A DNA stretch of 64,000 nt, from contig CM075989.1 in the NCBI GenBank assembly GCA_038087875.1, positions 248,001 through 312,000 of the forward strand. Reading direction: 5' to 3'. This stretch comes from Malacoraja senta (taxonomy: Eukaryota). Position 1 is the first letter of the stretch. Every line of letters begins with the position of its first letter. Below are positions 48,150 to 58,965 of this stretch, in pieces. The position numbers were made by a program, and so were the translations under genes. Below the pieces are notes generated by a model. That model worked only from the letters and a program-made list of their open reading frames with translations, did no database searches and was not told the origin of the DNA.

Positions 48150-48680
48150 AGCCTCTGCTGTGATTGTTTCCCCTCCCCCCACCCAACCCCAGGTGGTGTA
48201 GGAGCTACGGGGTCGGTTGGCCAAGCCGTGGACGGGGACGGCGATGGGCGGCTCCAATAGGCGGAGGGCGCTGTCTGTCTGTCCGAGTGGCGGGGCTACG
48301 GCTCGACCTATAGGAAGCAATCACCTGCAGCGGGGGGCAGGGACACGGCTCTGATGGGTTGGATGCACGGTCCTTTGTGATGTCAGTGATGGGGAGGCAG
48401 GGGCCTGTTCCCATTGGCCGTTGGCGTGAGGCGGGCCGATGCGTAGTGGACGTCGATGGGAGGAGGCAGCCGCCGCAGCTCATCCCCGCGTCCTTTCCCA
48501 AACCCCACTTCCCTTCCCGAGGGCGATCCTGCGGCCGGCGACCCGAGGCTTGCGGGCGGGGATGTCAGGTCTCAGCGCCCTCTGACTGTAGCTCCTACCT
48601 GACGGCGGAGGGTGTGGTGTAACGTCTCTGGTCCTCCAACTGCAGCATTAAGCGGGCGGCGGAGACCGCGGCGCACCGTC
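48150..48680. promoter_or_regulatory. CpG island, probable ZNF promoter/first exon
   Basis: GC- and CpG-rich; CCAAT at ~48255, ATTGG at ~48413 and GGCGGG boxes; upstream of the splice acceptor at 49221-49222. Confidence 0.6.
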
Positions 48681-49351
48681 TATGTTTGTCTGTCTGCAGC
48701 ACCCCCTGTCTATTGAAGAGCTCAGTACAGTGCCTCTTGACCTCCAACTGTAGTGCCTGCTGGCACCTATCCATGTTCCCTACAGATGCTGCCCGACCCG
48801 CTGAGTTACTCCAGCACTCTGTGACCTTCTTCCCATGATGCATGCCGCCCCCATGTGACTCAGCGGCAATCACAGGCAAGGCGGTGCCAGTAGAGCACCG
48901 GTCGTACATGTGGCAGTCGTCACAGCGCAGGGCGGGGGTACATCATGGCACAGGGCGGCTGGCTGGCGGGCAGCTCGACGCTGATCTCGGATTCTGGGCG
49001 CCCCGAGGTCTCCCACTTGCTTCCTCACCCCCCTTCTCCCCTCTCCCCCTCCGTTCTCCCCATCTCCTCACTTCCACCATCCTCATCCCACTTCCCCCCT
49101 TGCCTCCTCACCATCTCTCTCCTTCCCCCCTCATCTATCCCCCCTTCAAGCACTAGTAATGTTTACGCGTTAGTAATGTCCTGTTTTTCAGCTTGTTGAC
49201 CCTCTGTGTTCCCCTCTTGCAGGGTTTAGGAGCCATTGCTGTGGACGGAGAGAAGGGGTACGTGAGCGGCAATAGACGGCGGCCAGGGTGCCGGTGAGCC
49301 CCCCCTCCATCTGCTCAGTATGCGCTCTGAGCTTTGAGGGGCTGAGCTTCG

Positions 49352-50575
49352 ATGGAGGACAACATGACGGGGCACAAAAAGGAGAAGCGTTACGAGTGTG
49401 ACGTGTGTGGCAAGGCCTGGCAGTACCCAAGCCGGCTGGAGATCCACCGACGGGTGCACACGGGAGAACGCCCCTTCAACTGCTCTGACTGCGGCAAGAG
49501 CTTCAAGACGACGCAGGAACTGAAGCTCCATCGGCGAGTGCACACGGGCGAAAAGCCCTATGGCTGCTCCACGTGTGGCAAGAAATTTGCCAAGTTGTCT
49601 GGGCTGCAGGTGCACGGGCGGGTGCACACGGGTGAGAAGCCCTATGACTGCTCCACCTGCGGCAAGAGCTTTGCCCGGTTGTCGGGGCTGCGGGAGCACC
49701 GGCGGGTGCATAGCAGTGAGCGGCCCTTCACCTGCTACGACTGCGGCAAAGGCTTCAAGTGGTCCATGCACCTGAAGGTGCACAGGCGCCTGCACACTGG
49801 GGAGCGGCCCTACACCTGCAGTGACTGCGGCATGGGCTTCACCTGCTCCAACAGCCTTCTGGAGCACCAGCGCACCCACACCGGCGAGCGCCCCTACACC
49901 TGCGCCCAGTGCGGCCAGGGCTTCATCCGCTCCACCAAACTGCTGGAGCATCAGCGCACCCACACTGGCGAGCGCCCCTTCACCTGCGCCCAGTGCGGCA
50001 AGGGCTTCACCCGCTCCAACAACCTGCTGGAGCACCAGCGTATCCACACCGGCGAGCGCCCCTATACCTGCACCCAGTGCGGCAAGGGCTTCACCCGCTC
50101 CCACCGCCTGCTGGAGCACCAGCGCACCCACACCGGTGAGCGCCCCTTCACCTGCGCTCAGTGCGGCAAGGGCTTCACCCGCTCCACCTATCTGCTGTCC
50201 CATCAGCGGGTGCACGCTGGCGACTGTCCCTTCCCCAGCCCGGTGTGTGGAGAGCACTTTGCCATGGCCTCCCATTCCCTGTCTCTCCAGCGCGTGCACA
50301 CAAGTGGCCAGCCATACGACTGCCCGTATTGCGGTGAGGCGTTTGACTGCTCGCGGGCGTTGCGGCTGCACCGGCGGGACCACGCCGGCGATCTACTGCT
50401 CCCATCGCGGCAAGCATTTCAAGAGGGCACGGGGACTGCGGGAGCACCAGCGGATACACAGACCATGATGGAGAAGGTGAGAAGAGACTACGATGGCAGT
50501 ATAAAACTGGCCCATCATTGCGTGTGGATGTACAATGATGCCGCTGGAAGTGCATCCTCTGTTGGGCCTTTTTGA
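49352..50575 (+). CDS. C2H2 Kruppel-type zinc-finger protein; 11 intact fingers, 1 degenerate and 1 frameshifted; no effector domain
   Basis: Tandem CxxC..HxxxH fingers with TGE(R/K)P linkers; pyrimidine tract plus TGCAG acceptor ending at 49222; the second ATG (49364) is the one conserved in the paralogue. Confidence 0.9.
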   Translation: MEDNMTGHKKEKRYECDVCGKAWQYPSRLEIHRRVHTGERPFNCSDCGKSFKTTQELKLHRRVHTGEKPYGCSTCGKKFAKLSGLQVHGRVHTGEKPYDCSTCGKSFARLSGLREHRRVHSSERPFTCYDCGKGFKWSMHLKVHRRLHTGERPYTCSDCGMGFTCSNSLLEHQRTHTGERPYTCAQCGQGFIRSTKLLEHQRTHTGERPFTCAQCGKGFTRSNNLLEHQRIHTGERPYTCTQCGKGFTRSHRLLEHQRTHTGERPFTCAQCGKGFTRSTYLLSHQRVHAGDCPFPSPVCGEHFAMASHSLSLQRVHTSGQPYDCPYCGEAFDCSRALRLHRRDHAGDLLLPSRQAFQEGTGTAGAPADTQTMMEKVRRDYDGSIKLAHHCVWMYNDAAGSASSVGPF

Positions 50576-50789
50576 CAGTGGAGTCGATGGTGTCCTCCCG
50601 TTGATCTGTTCAACATTGATCTATCCTACATTTTTATTGAACTCCATTCCCTTTGTCCTGTTTTCACTCCTTACGCTTCCTTTTCTCTGCACCTCCCATC
50701 TGACTGAAGAAGCGTCTCGACCCGAAATATCGCGCTGTGTGACCATCTTCCCATGATGCTTGCCGCCACCTCCCCATTGACTCTGCGCA

Positions 50790-50900
50790 ATGGCAGGGGG
50801 CGGGGCCGACAGTCCCCCTCGGATTGGCGGCGACGTCAGGGCGGCAGTCGTACGTGCCATCCGTGAGTGCGCTGACGTCACAACGCAGGGCGGGCGGATG
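50790..50900 (+). promoter_or_regulatory. Promoter-like motif cluster of second ZNF unit
   Basis: GC box GGGGCGGGGC at ~50797, ATTGG at ~50823 and CRE TGACGTCA at 50873-50880. Confidence 0.55.
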
Positions 50901-51279
50901 TGCGGGCAGGCCACTCGCCTTTGTTCCCTGCTGCTCGGTGCTCATCCCGTTCCCCACTTCCACCCCTCACCCCTCTAACCCCCTCACCCCCACCCTCTCC
51001 CAATCCCTCACTTCCCACATGACCCTCTCCTCCCGCCACCCCCCATGACTCCCACACCCTCTTCAAGCATTAGTAATGTTCATGCTTTAGCAATGTCCTG
51101 TTTGCCAGCTTGTTGACCCTCTGTGTTCCCCTCCTGCAGGGTTTAGGAGCGGTTGCGGTGGTCAGAGAGACGGGGACGTGAGCGGCCATTGAGGGTGGCC
51201 AGGGTGCCGGTGTGTCCTCTCCCCATCTGCTTCGTGTGTGGGCTGAGATTTGAGGGGCTGAGCTTCGAAGGAGGAAAAC

Positions 51280-51957
51280 ATGGCGGGGCACAACAAGGAG
51301 AAGTATTATGAGTATGACGTGTGTGGCAAGGCCTGGCAGCTCCTCAGCCAGTTGGATATCCACCGGCGGGTGCACACAGGAGAACGCCCCGTCGACTGCT
51401 CAGAGTGCAGGAAGAACTTCACCCGCTACGACAACCTGCTGCGGCACAACCGCATGCACTCCGGCGAGAGGCCCTTCACATGCTCCGAATGCGGCAAGAG
51501 CTTCAAGACGACGCATGAGCTGAAGATGCACCGGCGGGTGCGCAGGCGCGAGAAACCCATTCGGCTGCTCCACCTGTGTAAAGGGCTTTGCCCGGTTATC
51601 GGGATTGCGGGAGCACAGCAGTGAGTGGCCCTTCACCTGCTCCGACAGGTGAAGGGCTTCAAGTCGTCGCAGGAACTGAAGGTGTACAGGTGCCTGCACA
51701 CCGGCGAGCGCCCCTACACCTGTGCCCAGTGCGGCAAGGGCTACACCCGATCCTCCAAGCTGCTGTCCCACCAGCGGGTGCACACCGGCGACCGTCCCTT
51801 CACCAGGCCCTTCGGCTGCTCCGACTGCGGCAAGAACTTCAAGACAGCGTATGACCTGAAGGTCCACCGGCGAGTGCACACGGGAGAGAAGCCCTTTGGC
51901 TGCTCCACCTGCGGCAGGAGCTTTGCCTGGTTGTTGGGGCTGCGGGTGCACCGGCGG
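51280..51957 (+). pseudogene. Paralogous C2H2 zinc-finger pseudogene
   Basis: Same intron, acceptor (51138-51139) and MAGHNKEK start; lost cysteines, frameshifts and truncation at 51958. Confidence 0.85.
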
Positions 51958-53015
51958 TGTGGAAGAAAACTTAATATCCTTCGTTACTTAATTTTGATTG
52001 GAATTGAACAAGAGACTAGATAGTTACAAGAAACAGGAGGAAGGTAGAAATTGGAGTATGAAATCCAACAAACAACTTTCGCACAGAACACAGTGAACTC
52101 GCCGCTGTAAGTAAGTTCCTTATCTGATTAGAATGTTGTGTTTGTGCCCTTCTCATGCACAAGGAGGTATCTCTTTGCTTGCTCAAGGGCGAGTTCCAAA
52201 CAAAATTATAATCGGACATATATGGCTCCATTTTTGCAACTGATTAATGAGAGAAAATCTTAATATCTTTTGTTACTCTAAGTGTTGATCATAAAGATCA
52301 ACTAGGAGGGAACGGTGGAAGAAAAATTAATATCCTTCCTTATTTAATTTTGATTAGATTTGAATAAGGTAACGAAAGAGTGTATTGGATGTGACAATTG
52401 GCAGCTCTCGCTTGACCAGGTGCAGACGTGGTTGTGGGAATCGGCAAAGTAAGATTAGACGTATTACCTCGTGTCTGGAAATGTGTTGAAGGGTGGATGG
52501 TAAATGTAAATATGAAATAGCAGAGCAAGATAACAAAGCTTGTTTACTCTTCTGTGAGGAGTTACAGTAGATCACCCGCGCCCCCTACCGCTAGTAGCGT
52601 AGATATGTTGCAGTAAATGGGAGGCTTACGATTGGCTTGGAGAGGGGATGGTGGCTTGCACCGCTTGAAAGATGACATAGAATAATGTCAAAATGCCCTT
52701 GTATTGTGTTTGACTTGTATTCACCATCTGTTGTTGAATAAGATCAACTCAAGTGAAAAGTATGTTATGACTAGTGAAATAATTGGTACCAATGTAGTAG
52801 ATAGTATATTTTCATATAGTTGTACCTAACAAAAAAAAATATTGTTTACTGCACAGAATAACTGTCGGCTAATTCTGCTGTGAAGTCAGAGAACTGGTGA
52901 GCAGTTTCCTGCCGCCATCTCTCCATGATATCATGCAATAAAATCTCAAAGAAAATCTGCAAAGTCTCCGCTTTTCATTTTCCTTGAACTTCCCTCTAAA
53001 TTAAATTCTCCCACA
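51958..53015 (+). mobile_element. Probable solo LTR (~1.06 kb)
   Basis: TGTGG...CCACA termini, AATAAA at ~52937 and internal repeats of the 5' end at ~52252 and ~52317; no matching TSD seen. Confidence 0.55.
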
Positions 53016-53057
53016 AAAAGAGACATTTATTTCATTTGAATACAACTTGGCTCCAGC

Positions 53058-53257
53058 NNNNNNNNNNNNNNNNNNNNNNNNNNNNNNNNNNNNNNNNNNN
53101 NNNNNNNNNNNNNNNNNNNNNNNNNNNNNNNNNNNNNNNNNNNNNNNNNNNNNNNNNNNNNNNNNNNNNNNNNNNNNNNNNNNNNNNNNNNNNNNNNNNN
53201 NNNNNNNNNNNNNNNNNNNNNNNNNNNNNNNNNNNNNNNNNNNNNNNNNNNNNNNNN
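53058..53257. other. Assembly gap (200 N)
   Basis: Run of N bases. Confidence 1.
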
Positions 53258-53299
53258 ACCCGACCTCAATTTTTTATTTTTTTTAAGTACTTTTGCACC

Positions 53300-56200
53300 C
53301 TATGTTTGTAATAATTCTATAAATGCAGACCACGTCAGGTCGAAGTGATCTGGTTTACCTGCTAGGAGGAGTCTTATCTCTTCAAGGTGTAGTGTTTCAA
53401 ACATATTTGAAATCCACATATTTATAGTTGGTATTGGAGCCTTCTTCCAAAATTTTAGAATTAGCTTTTTTCCAGTTATTAACCCATAATCCATTAATTT
53501 CTTTTGAAACACATTTAGTTCTGGATCATCTTCCGTTATTCCGAAGATAATCCATTCTGCTTTGGGTATCAGTCTTGTTTTAAATAACTTTGTAAAGATT
53601 TCAAAAATTTCATTCCAAAATTTTTGAATTTTTGTACAGAAGACAAATGAGTGCGCTATAGTTGCTTCTTGGGATTGACATTTATCACAAATAGATGATA
53701 CGTTTGGGAAAATTTTATGAATTTTAGTTTTCGAATAATATAATCTATGTAAAATTTTAAATTGTATTAAAGTGTGTCTTACATTAATCGAGCATTTATG
53801 TACTTTTAATAAGTATTCATTCCAACTTTCCTTTGAAATTTTAATAGCTAACTCTTGTTCCCAGTCTCTTCTGATACCCTCCGTAGATGGTATTTGTACA
53901 TTTAAGATAATATTGTACAAATATGATATTAAGTTTGCTGATTCCGCTTTTGTCTGCATTGCCTCGTCCAGTACATCTGCTGGGTTATTATGATGATCTT
54001 TTATATATTTTTTCAAATAGTCGCATATTTGAAAATATTTAAAATATTGATTATTTCCGAGTTTATATTTTATTTGTAATTGTTGAAATGAAAGTAATTT
54101 TCCAGTTTCATACAAGTCACCAAGCGTTTTAATTCCTAGTCTATCCCATTGTGTATAAGCTTTATCTATAATAGAAGGACTAAACGAAGGGTTATTGACT
54201 ATAGGTAATAAAAGTGATAAGTTTCTTAATTTTAAATTTTGTTTTATTTGTTTCCAAATACGGATTGTACTATGAATAATTGGGTTCTTATTATAGTTTA
54301 TGTTATTCAATTTCATTGGAGAGAGGAGGATCGCTCCAATGTTTCTAGAGGAGCAATCCTCTTTCTCCATTACAATCCAGTCTACTTGCTGGGCGGAGTT
54401 ATCCATCAGTTGAATCATGTTTTTAATATTTACTGACCAATAATAATACATAAAATTGGGTAGTGCTAGACCCCCCAATACTTTAGATTTATTCAGATGG
54501 GTTTTTTGTATTCTATGTGATTTATAGTCCCATATAAAATTAGTGATATCTGAGTCGAGTTTTTTAAAAAACTTCTTAGGTAAGTATATAGGAATTGATT
54601 GAAATAGGTATAAAATTTGTGGTAAAAAGATCATTTTTATTGCGTTTATTCGGCCTATTAAAGACATCGGAAGCGTTTTCCAGAATTTAATTAATGTATT
54701 CAGTTTATTAAGTAGGGGGTCAAAATTTGCCCTGAGCATACCTTGATATGTTCTGGTAATTTCGATTCCCAAATATTTAAATTTTTCTGTAGCTATTTTA
54801 AAAGGGAATTTTAAAAGATGTGTTGAATCTTTCGGTTTTATTGACATAATTTCACTTTTATTCCAATTTATTCTATATCCAGAAAAAGATCCGAAGTCTT
54901 CAATTAAATTTAATATATTTGGTATAGTGATTTGAGGTTTTGTAATATACAATAATATATCATCCGCGTATAAAGATATTTTATTATATGAGTCTTTAGT
55001 ATTATATCCATGAATATCAGGGTGTATTCTAATTTTTTCTGCTAGCGGTTCAATAATGAGAGCAAACAGCTGTGGTGATAATGAGCATCCTTGTCTATTT
55101 CCCCTTGATAGTTGAAATTTCGAGGATAATATGTTATTAGTAAGTATTCTAGCTGTAGGTTTGTTATATAGTAACTTAATCCATAAAATAAAATTCTCTC
55201 CCAGTTGAAATTTTTGTAATACTTTATCCATATAATTCCATTCTACTTGATCAAATGCTTTTTCAGCATCCAGCGAAATAATTGATAATTCTTGATCTTC
55301 AGATTTGTGTGAGTGCATTATGTTGAGTAGACGTCTCATATTATTAGAAGAGTATCTCTTAGGGATAAACCCTGTCTGATCTGGGTTTATTAATTTACTA
55401 ATGTATTTACTTAATCTTCTGGCTAATGTTTTCGCTAATATTTTTTGATCTGTGTTTAACAATGCTATAGCTCTATATGAGCCAGGTTCTTCTAAATCCT
55501 TATTTTTCTTAGGTATTAATGTAATCGTTGATTCCGCTAATGTATCAGGTAGTATTCGTTTTTTAAAAGCGTATTGGTACATTTTTTGTAATCTTGGTAT
55601 TATTTTATCATAAAAGTTTTTATAAAATTCATTAGTAAATCCATCAGGGCCTGGTGTTTTTCCATTTTTTAGTGAGTTTATTGTATCTTCTAATTCCTTA
55701 ATTGAGATTTGTGCACCCAGTTCCTCTTGTTCCTTCAGCTCTAACTTTGGAAGATTACAGGTATCCAAGAACTTTGTGATATTATTGGAATCAATTATCG
55801 TTTTAGATGTATACAAATTCTCGTAAAATTGCGCAAATCTTTTATTAATATCCTTCGGTGTTGTTAATAATTCCCCTTTATCTGATTTGATCTTTGGTAT
55901 AGTATGTTCCTTTTCTCGTTTTTTTAGCTGGCGAGCCAAAAGTTTATGCGGTTTATCCCCAAATTCAAAGTGCTCTTGTTTTGTAATTTGAAAAAGTCTT
56001 ATAAGTTTGGCAGATAATAATTTATTTAATTTAAATTTTAAAATTATTATTTTATTATGTTTATCTATTGTTGGATCTTTAGCATTATCTATATCCATTT
56101 GTCTAATAAGTTCTTCTAACTGTCTTTGTTCATTCTTATTCTTTTTATTTTGAAAAGCTTGATATGAAATTATAATACCCCTAATGTATGCTTTAAAAGA

Positions 56201-57091
56201 TTCCCAAAGTAAAGTAGGCGATATATCTGAAGTATCATTTGTTTGAAAAAAGACCTCCATTTGTTCTTTTAAATATATACTCGCTTGTGGATCTTTTAAA
56301 ATTTGAGAGTTAAATCTCCAGAATGAATTATTCTTAGACAATCCTTCCAGTTTTAAAAAGAAAGTTAGTGGAGAATGGTCTGAAATTGAATTTGTATGAT
56401 ATATTGCATTAGATGTTTGGGGGATTAATTTTGTATCCAGCAGAAAGTAGTCTATACGTGAGTATGTCTTATGTACCATTGAGTAAAACGAATATTCCCT
56501 GCCAGTTGGATTCACAATTCTCCAAACATCTGCTATATTAGTGTTGTTTATGTAGGTATTGAGGAGTTCCCCAGTTTTCGATTTCATATTCCCTCTCTGT
56601 TTTTGACTTGATTTATCTAAGTACGGGTCTAAAACACAATTAAAGTCTCCGCCTATTATAACATTTTGATAGTTTGACTCTGCAATTATATTGAAGATTT
56701 TATTGAAAAAGTGGGGGTTATCAAAGTTAGGGGCATATATATTTACCAAAGTAAGTGGAGTGTCATGGATTTCTCCATTAACTATTAGGTATCTCCCTTC
56801 TATATCTGTTATAATATTCTTTGCTTTAAATGGTATACCTTTTCTTATGATAATTGACGTGCCTCTAGATTTTGAAGTGAATGAAGAGTGGTATGTTTGA
56901 CCTATCCATTTCGCCCTCAGCCTAACTTGGTCCTGAGGTTTTAGGTGTGTTTCTTGTAGGAAGGTAATGTCAGAATTATACATTTTTAGCTGAGCTAATA
57001 TCTTACCCCTTTTGATAGGTTCATTAATACCTCTTATATTCCAACTACAAAATAAGACTCCTCCTAGGTTCTTTTGTGTGGTGTCATGCAT
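53300..57091 (-). CDS. L1 ORF2p (APE endonuclease, reverse transcriptase, CCHC domain)
   Basis: SWNIRG, LQETH, YSRIDY, SDHSP, LDAEKAFD, RQGCSLSP, YADD and CDKC..H...C in one uninterrupted frame. Confidence 0.96.
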   Translation of the reverse strand: MHDTTQKNLGGVLFCSWNIRGINEPIKRGKILAQLKMYNSDITFLQETHLKPQDQVRLRAKWIGQTYHSSFTSKSRGTSIIIRKGIPFKAKNIITDIEGRYLIVNGEIHDTPLTLVNIYAPNFDNPHFFNKIFNIIAESNYQNVIIGGDFNCVLDPYLDKSSQKQRGNMKSKTGELLNTYINNTNIADVWRIVNPTGREYSFYSMVHKTYSRIDYFLLDTKLIPQTSNAIYHTNSISDHSPLTFFLKLEGLSKNNSFWRFNSQILKDPQASIYLKEQMEVFFQTNDTSDISPTLLWESFKAYIRGIIISYQAFQNKKNKNEQRQLEELIRQMDIDNAKDPTIDKHNKIIILKFKLNKLLSAKLIRLFQITKQEHFEFGDKPHKLLARQLKKREKEHTIPKIKSDKGELLTTPKDINKRFAQFYENLYTSKTIIDSNNITKFLDTCNLPKLELKEQEELGAQISIKELEDTINSLKNGKTPGPDGFTNEFYKNFYDKIIPRLQKMYQYAFKKRILPDTLAESTITLIPKKNKDLEEPGSYRAIALLNTDQKILAKTLARRLSKYISKLINPDQTGFIPKRYSSNNMRRLLNIMHSHKSEDQELSIISLDAEKAFDQVEWNYMDKVLQKFQLGENFILWIKLLYNKPTARILTNNILSSKFQLSRGNRQGCSLSPQLFALIIEPLAEKIRIHPDIHGYNTKDSYNKISLYADDILLYITKPQITIPNILNLIEDFGSFSGYRINWNKSEIMSIKPKDSTHLLKFPFKIATEKFKYLGIEITRTYQGMLRANFDPLLNKLNTLIKFWKTLPMSLIGRINAIKMIFLPQILYLFQSIPIYLPKKFFKKLDSDITNFIWDYKSHRIQKTHLNKSKVLGGLALPNFMYYYWSVNIKNMIQLMDNSAQQVDWIVMEKEDCSSRNIGAILLSPMKLNNINYNKNPIIHSTIRIWKQIKQNLKLRNLSLLLPIVNNPSFSPSIIDKAYTQWDRLGIKTLGDLYETGKLLSFQQLQIKYKLGNNQYFKYFQICDYLKKYIKDHHNNPADVLDEAMQTKAESANLISYLYNIILNVQIPSTEGIRRDWEQELAIKISKESWNEYLLKVHKCSINVRHTLIQFKILHRLYYSKTKIHKIFPNVSSICDKCQSQEATIAHSFVFCTKIQKFWNEIFEIFTKLFKTRLIPKAEWIIFGITEDDPELNVFQKKLMDYGLITGKKLILKFWKKAPIPTINMWISNMFETLHLEEIRLLLAGKPDHFDLTWSAFIELLQT

Positions 57092-57894
57092 TTTGAATAA
57101 TTATAGTACCTTTGAATCTTGTGGTGCGTCCATATCCCAGGTCTTTAGGTATTGGGGGAGTTTTTGAATTATTAACTTTTGTTGGTATGTCCATATTATT
57201 CTTATCACTAAACACAAAACACAAACAAGTGATTTTATGTAATAAAAAAAAAACTAAAAAAGTGAGGCTACAGTGTCTATAGTCGGCACTGTAGCGAGTG
57301 ACCCACCTGTAGGTGGGAAAAAACCTTATTTGACTTCCATTGCGTTGTTGCTCAACTCGCTCCGCTCTCTTAGTTAATCATAACATATTAAAATATTAAA
57401 ACGAGGCCTCACATTCATATATATAATACAATTTTACCCTGATATTTCCTTATAACATATATATATATCAGAGTTTAATTATTAAACCAATATTTTTGAT
57501 TTCAATAAGTATCAGCTGTTGGTTGAAGGGGTTAACGAGACGTGCTCCTGGACATAAGCCAGGAGCTCGTTTCTCATCCCCTCCTCCCGCTTATAGACAA
57601 GGTTACAATTTATAAAAATTCATATTAGTATGTTAGTTCATTATTTTTTTGTTTTTTTTGTTAGTATTCTAATCTAACCTGCATAACTTTTAAAGTTGTT
57701 AATAGGATAAGTTCTTACAATTGGTTATAACATTTTAATCAATAAGCAATTATTTTCTAATTCATATCCCGTTATAAAGTTGTTTACACGTTTTGAACAG
57801 AAAATGTCCTTGCTTCAACATTCCGGAGATAACAGTGTAACTATCCCCAGACAAAACATAGCTGAGAATTATTCGGATCTGCCAAAGCTCCCTT

Positions 57895-58965
57895 TTATTT
57901 CTGTCTTTCAACAATCGTTTGGGCATATTTGAAAGCGTCTTCAGGCTTAACAAATGACTTTTCAAGACCATTAAAAGAAATACGCATTTTAGCGGGATAA
58001 AAAACCCCGAATCTGACCCCTTCTCTCCCTCTTAAAAGATCTTTAACCTTATCAAATTTGTTTCTTTTTTGCACAATTTCATGTGGGTAGTCCCTGAATA
58101 TCTTAATAGTGTCTTTGTCCAGCCGTAATTGTACACCATATTTGATATGGGTCATAACATATTCCAGTTCTGCAGTGTCTCGAAATTTCACTATAATATG
58201 TCGTGGATAAGCTTTTCCCGCATCAAATCTTTTTCCAAATCTTGGGACACGATGAGCCACTTCGATTTTCGGTTCCTTGGGAAGATTCAACAGTTGTTTC
58301 AACAAGCCCATGGCAAATTCACGTACCTGTTCCCCTTCTGCCCCCTCTGAAACACCAAGAATCCTCAGATTCTGGCGTCTAGAACGAGCTTCCAGGTCCA
58401 GGCATTTGAATGAGACTTTCTCTAATTGAGTCCCCATTTGTAGTGATGCTTGTTCGTTTTCTCGCCTCATTTGCTCATGTTCTTGCCTCAATTTCGCCAT
58501 GTCTTCAACCAGTCGTGCCGTATTTTTCTCCAATTCCGTGATTGTCTGCATACTTGCAGCTACTGTTTCAAGTACAGCCGTGAACTTATCCGTAGTAATT
58601 ACATCCATCTTATCCATTTTCTCTGATAGTCCATCTTTCACCTCATCAATTCGTTTATTCATAGTGTCCAGTAAATCCGTCATATTCTTCTGGTTACCAG
58701 CATTTAAATCCTTCATCATCTTCTGCAGTCCTTCCATCATTTTTGCCGAATTTTCCTTCATTTCCTTCTTATCTTCCACCCTATTATCCGAGATCTCATC
58801 TTTCAAATTTTTCATTGATTTTTTCAAGTCATCAAAGTCTTTCTTAGATCTTGTATCCATTTCTGCAGCCACTTCAGAGACTTCAGAGGTAACTTCAGTT
58901 TCGAACTGTTTCGACAGTTTATTCACAGCTCTCTGAGGGCTCACAGCTGGAGTCAATTTACTCAT
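57895..58965 (-). CDS. L1 ORF1p (coiled coil, RRM, CTD)
   Basis: Long heptad region, DLEARSRRQNLRILGVSEG, IEVAHR, PRHIIVKF and FYPAKMRI. Confidence 0.94.
   Translation of the reverse strand: MSKLTPAVSPQRAVNKLSKQFETEVTSEVSEVAAEMDTRSKKDFDDLKKSMKNLKDEISDNRVEDKKEMKENSAKMMEGLQKMMKDLNAGNQKNMTDLLDTMNKRIDEVKDGLSEKMDKMDVITTDKFTAVLETVAASMQTITELEKNTARLVEDMAKLRQEHEQMRRENEQASLQMGTQLEKVSFKCLDLEARSRRQNLRILGVSEGAEGEQVREFAMGLLKQLLNLPKEPKIEVAHRVPRFGKRFDAGKAYPRHIIVKFRDTAELEYVMTHIKYGVQLRLDKDTIKIFRDYPHEIVQKRNKFDKVKDLLRGREGVRFGVFYPAKMRISFNGLEKSFVKPEDAFKYAQTIVERQK

Noticed and set aside
49810..50215. Regular repeats with variable cores resembling a CRISPR array
   Set aside because: They are 84-bp in-frame zinc-finger units in eukaryotic DNA, with no cas genes.
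49226..50383. 385-aa minus-strand ORF with Ala/Gly repeats
   Set aside because: Antisense shadow of the GC-rich zinc-finger array.
49352..50575. PRDM9 or KRAB-ZNF assignment
   Set aside because: No PR/SET, KRAB or SSXRD sequence is visible, and an in-frame stop lies 9 nt before the ATG.
53027..53311. ORFs containing X runs
   Set aside because: Artefact of the N gap; adjacency across the gap is not reliable.
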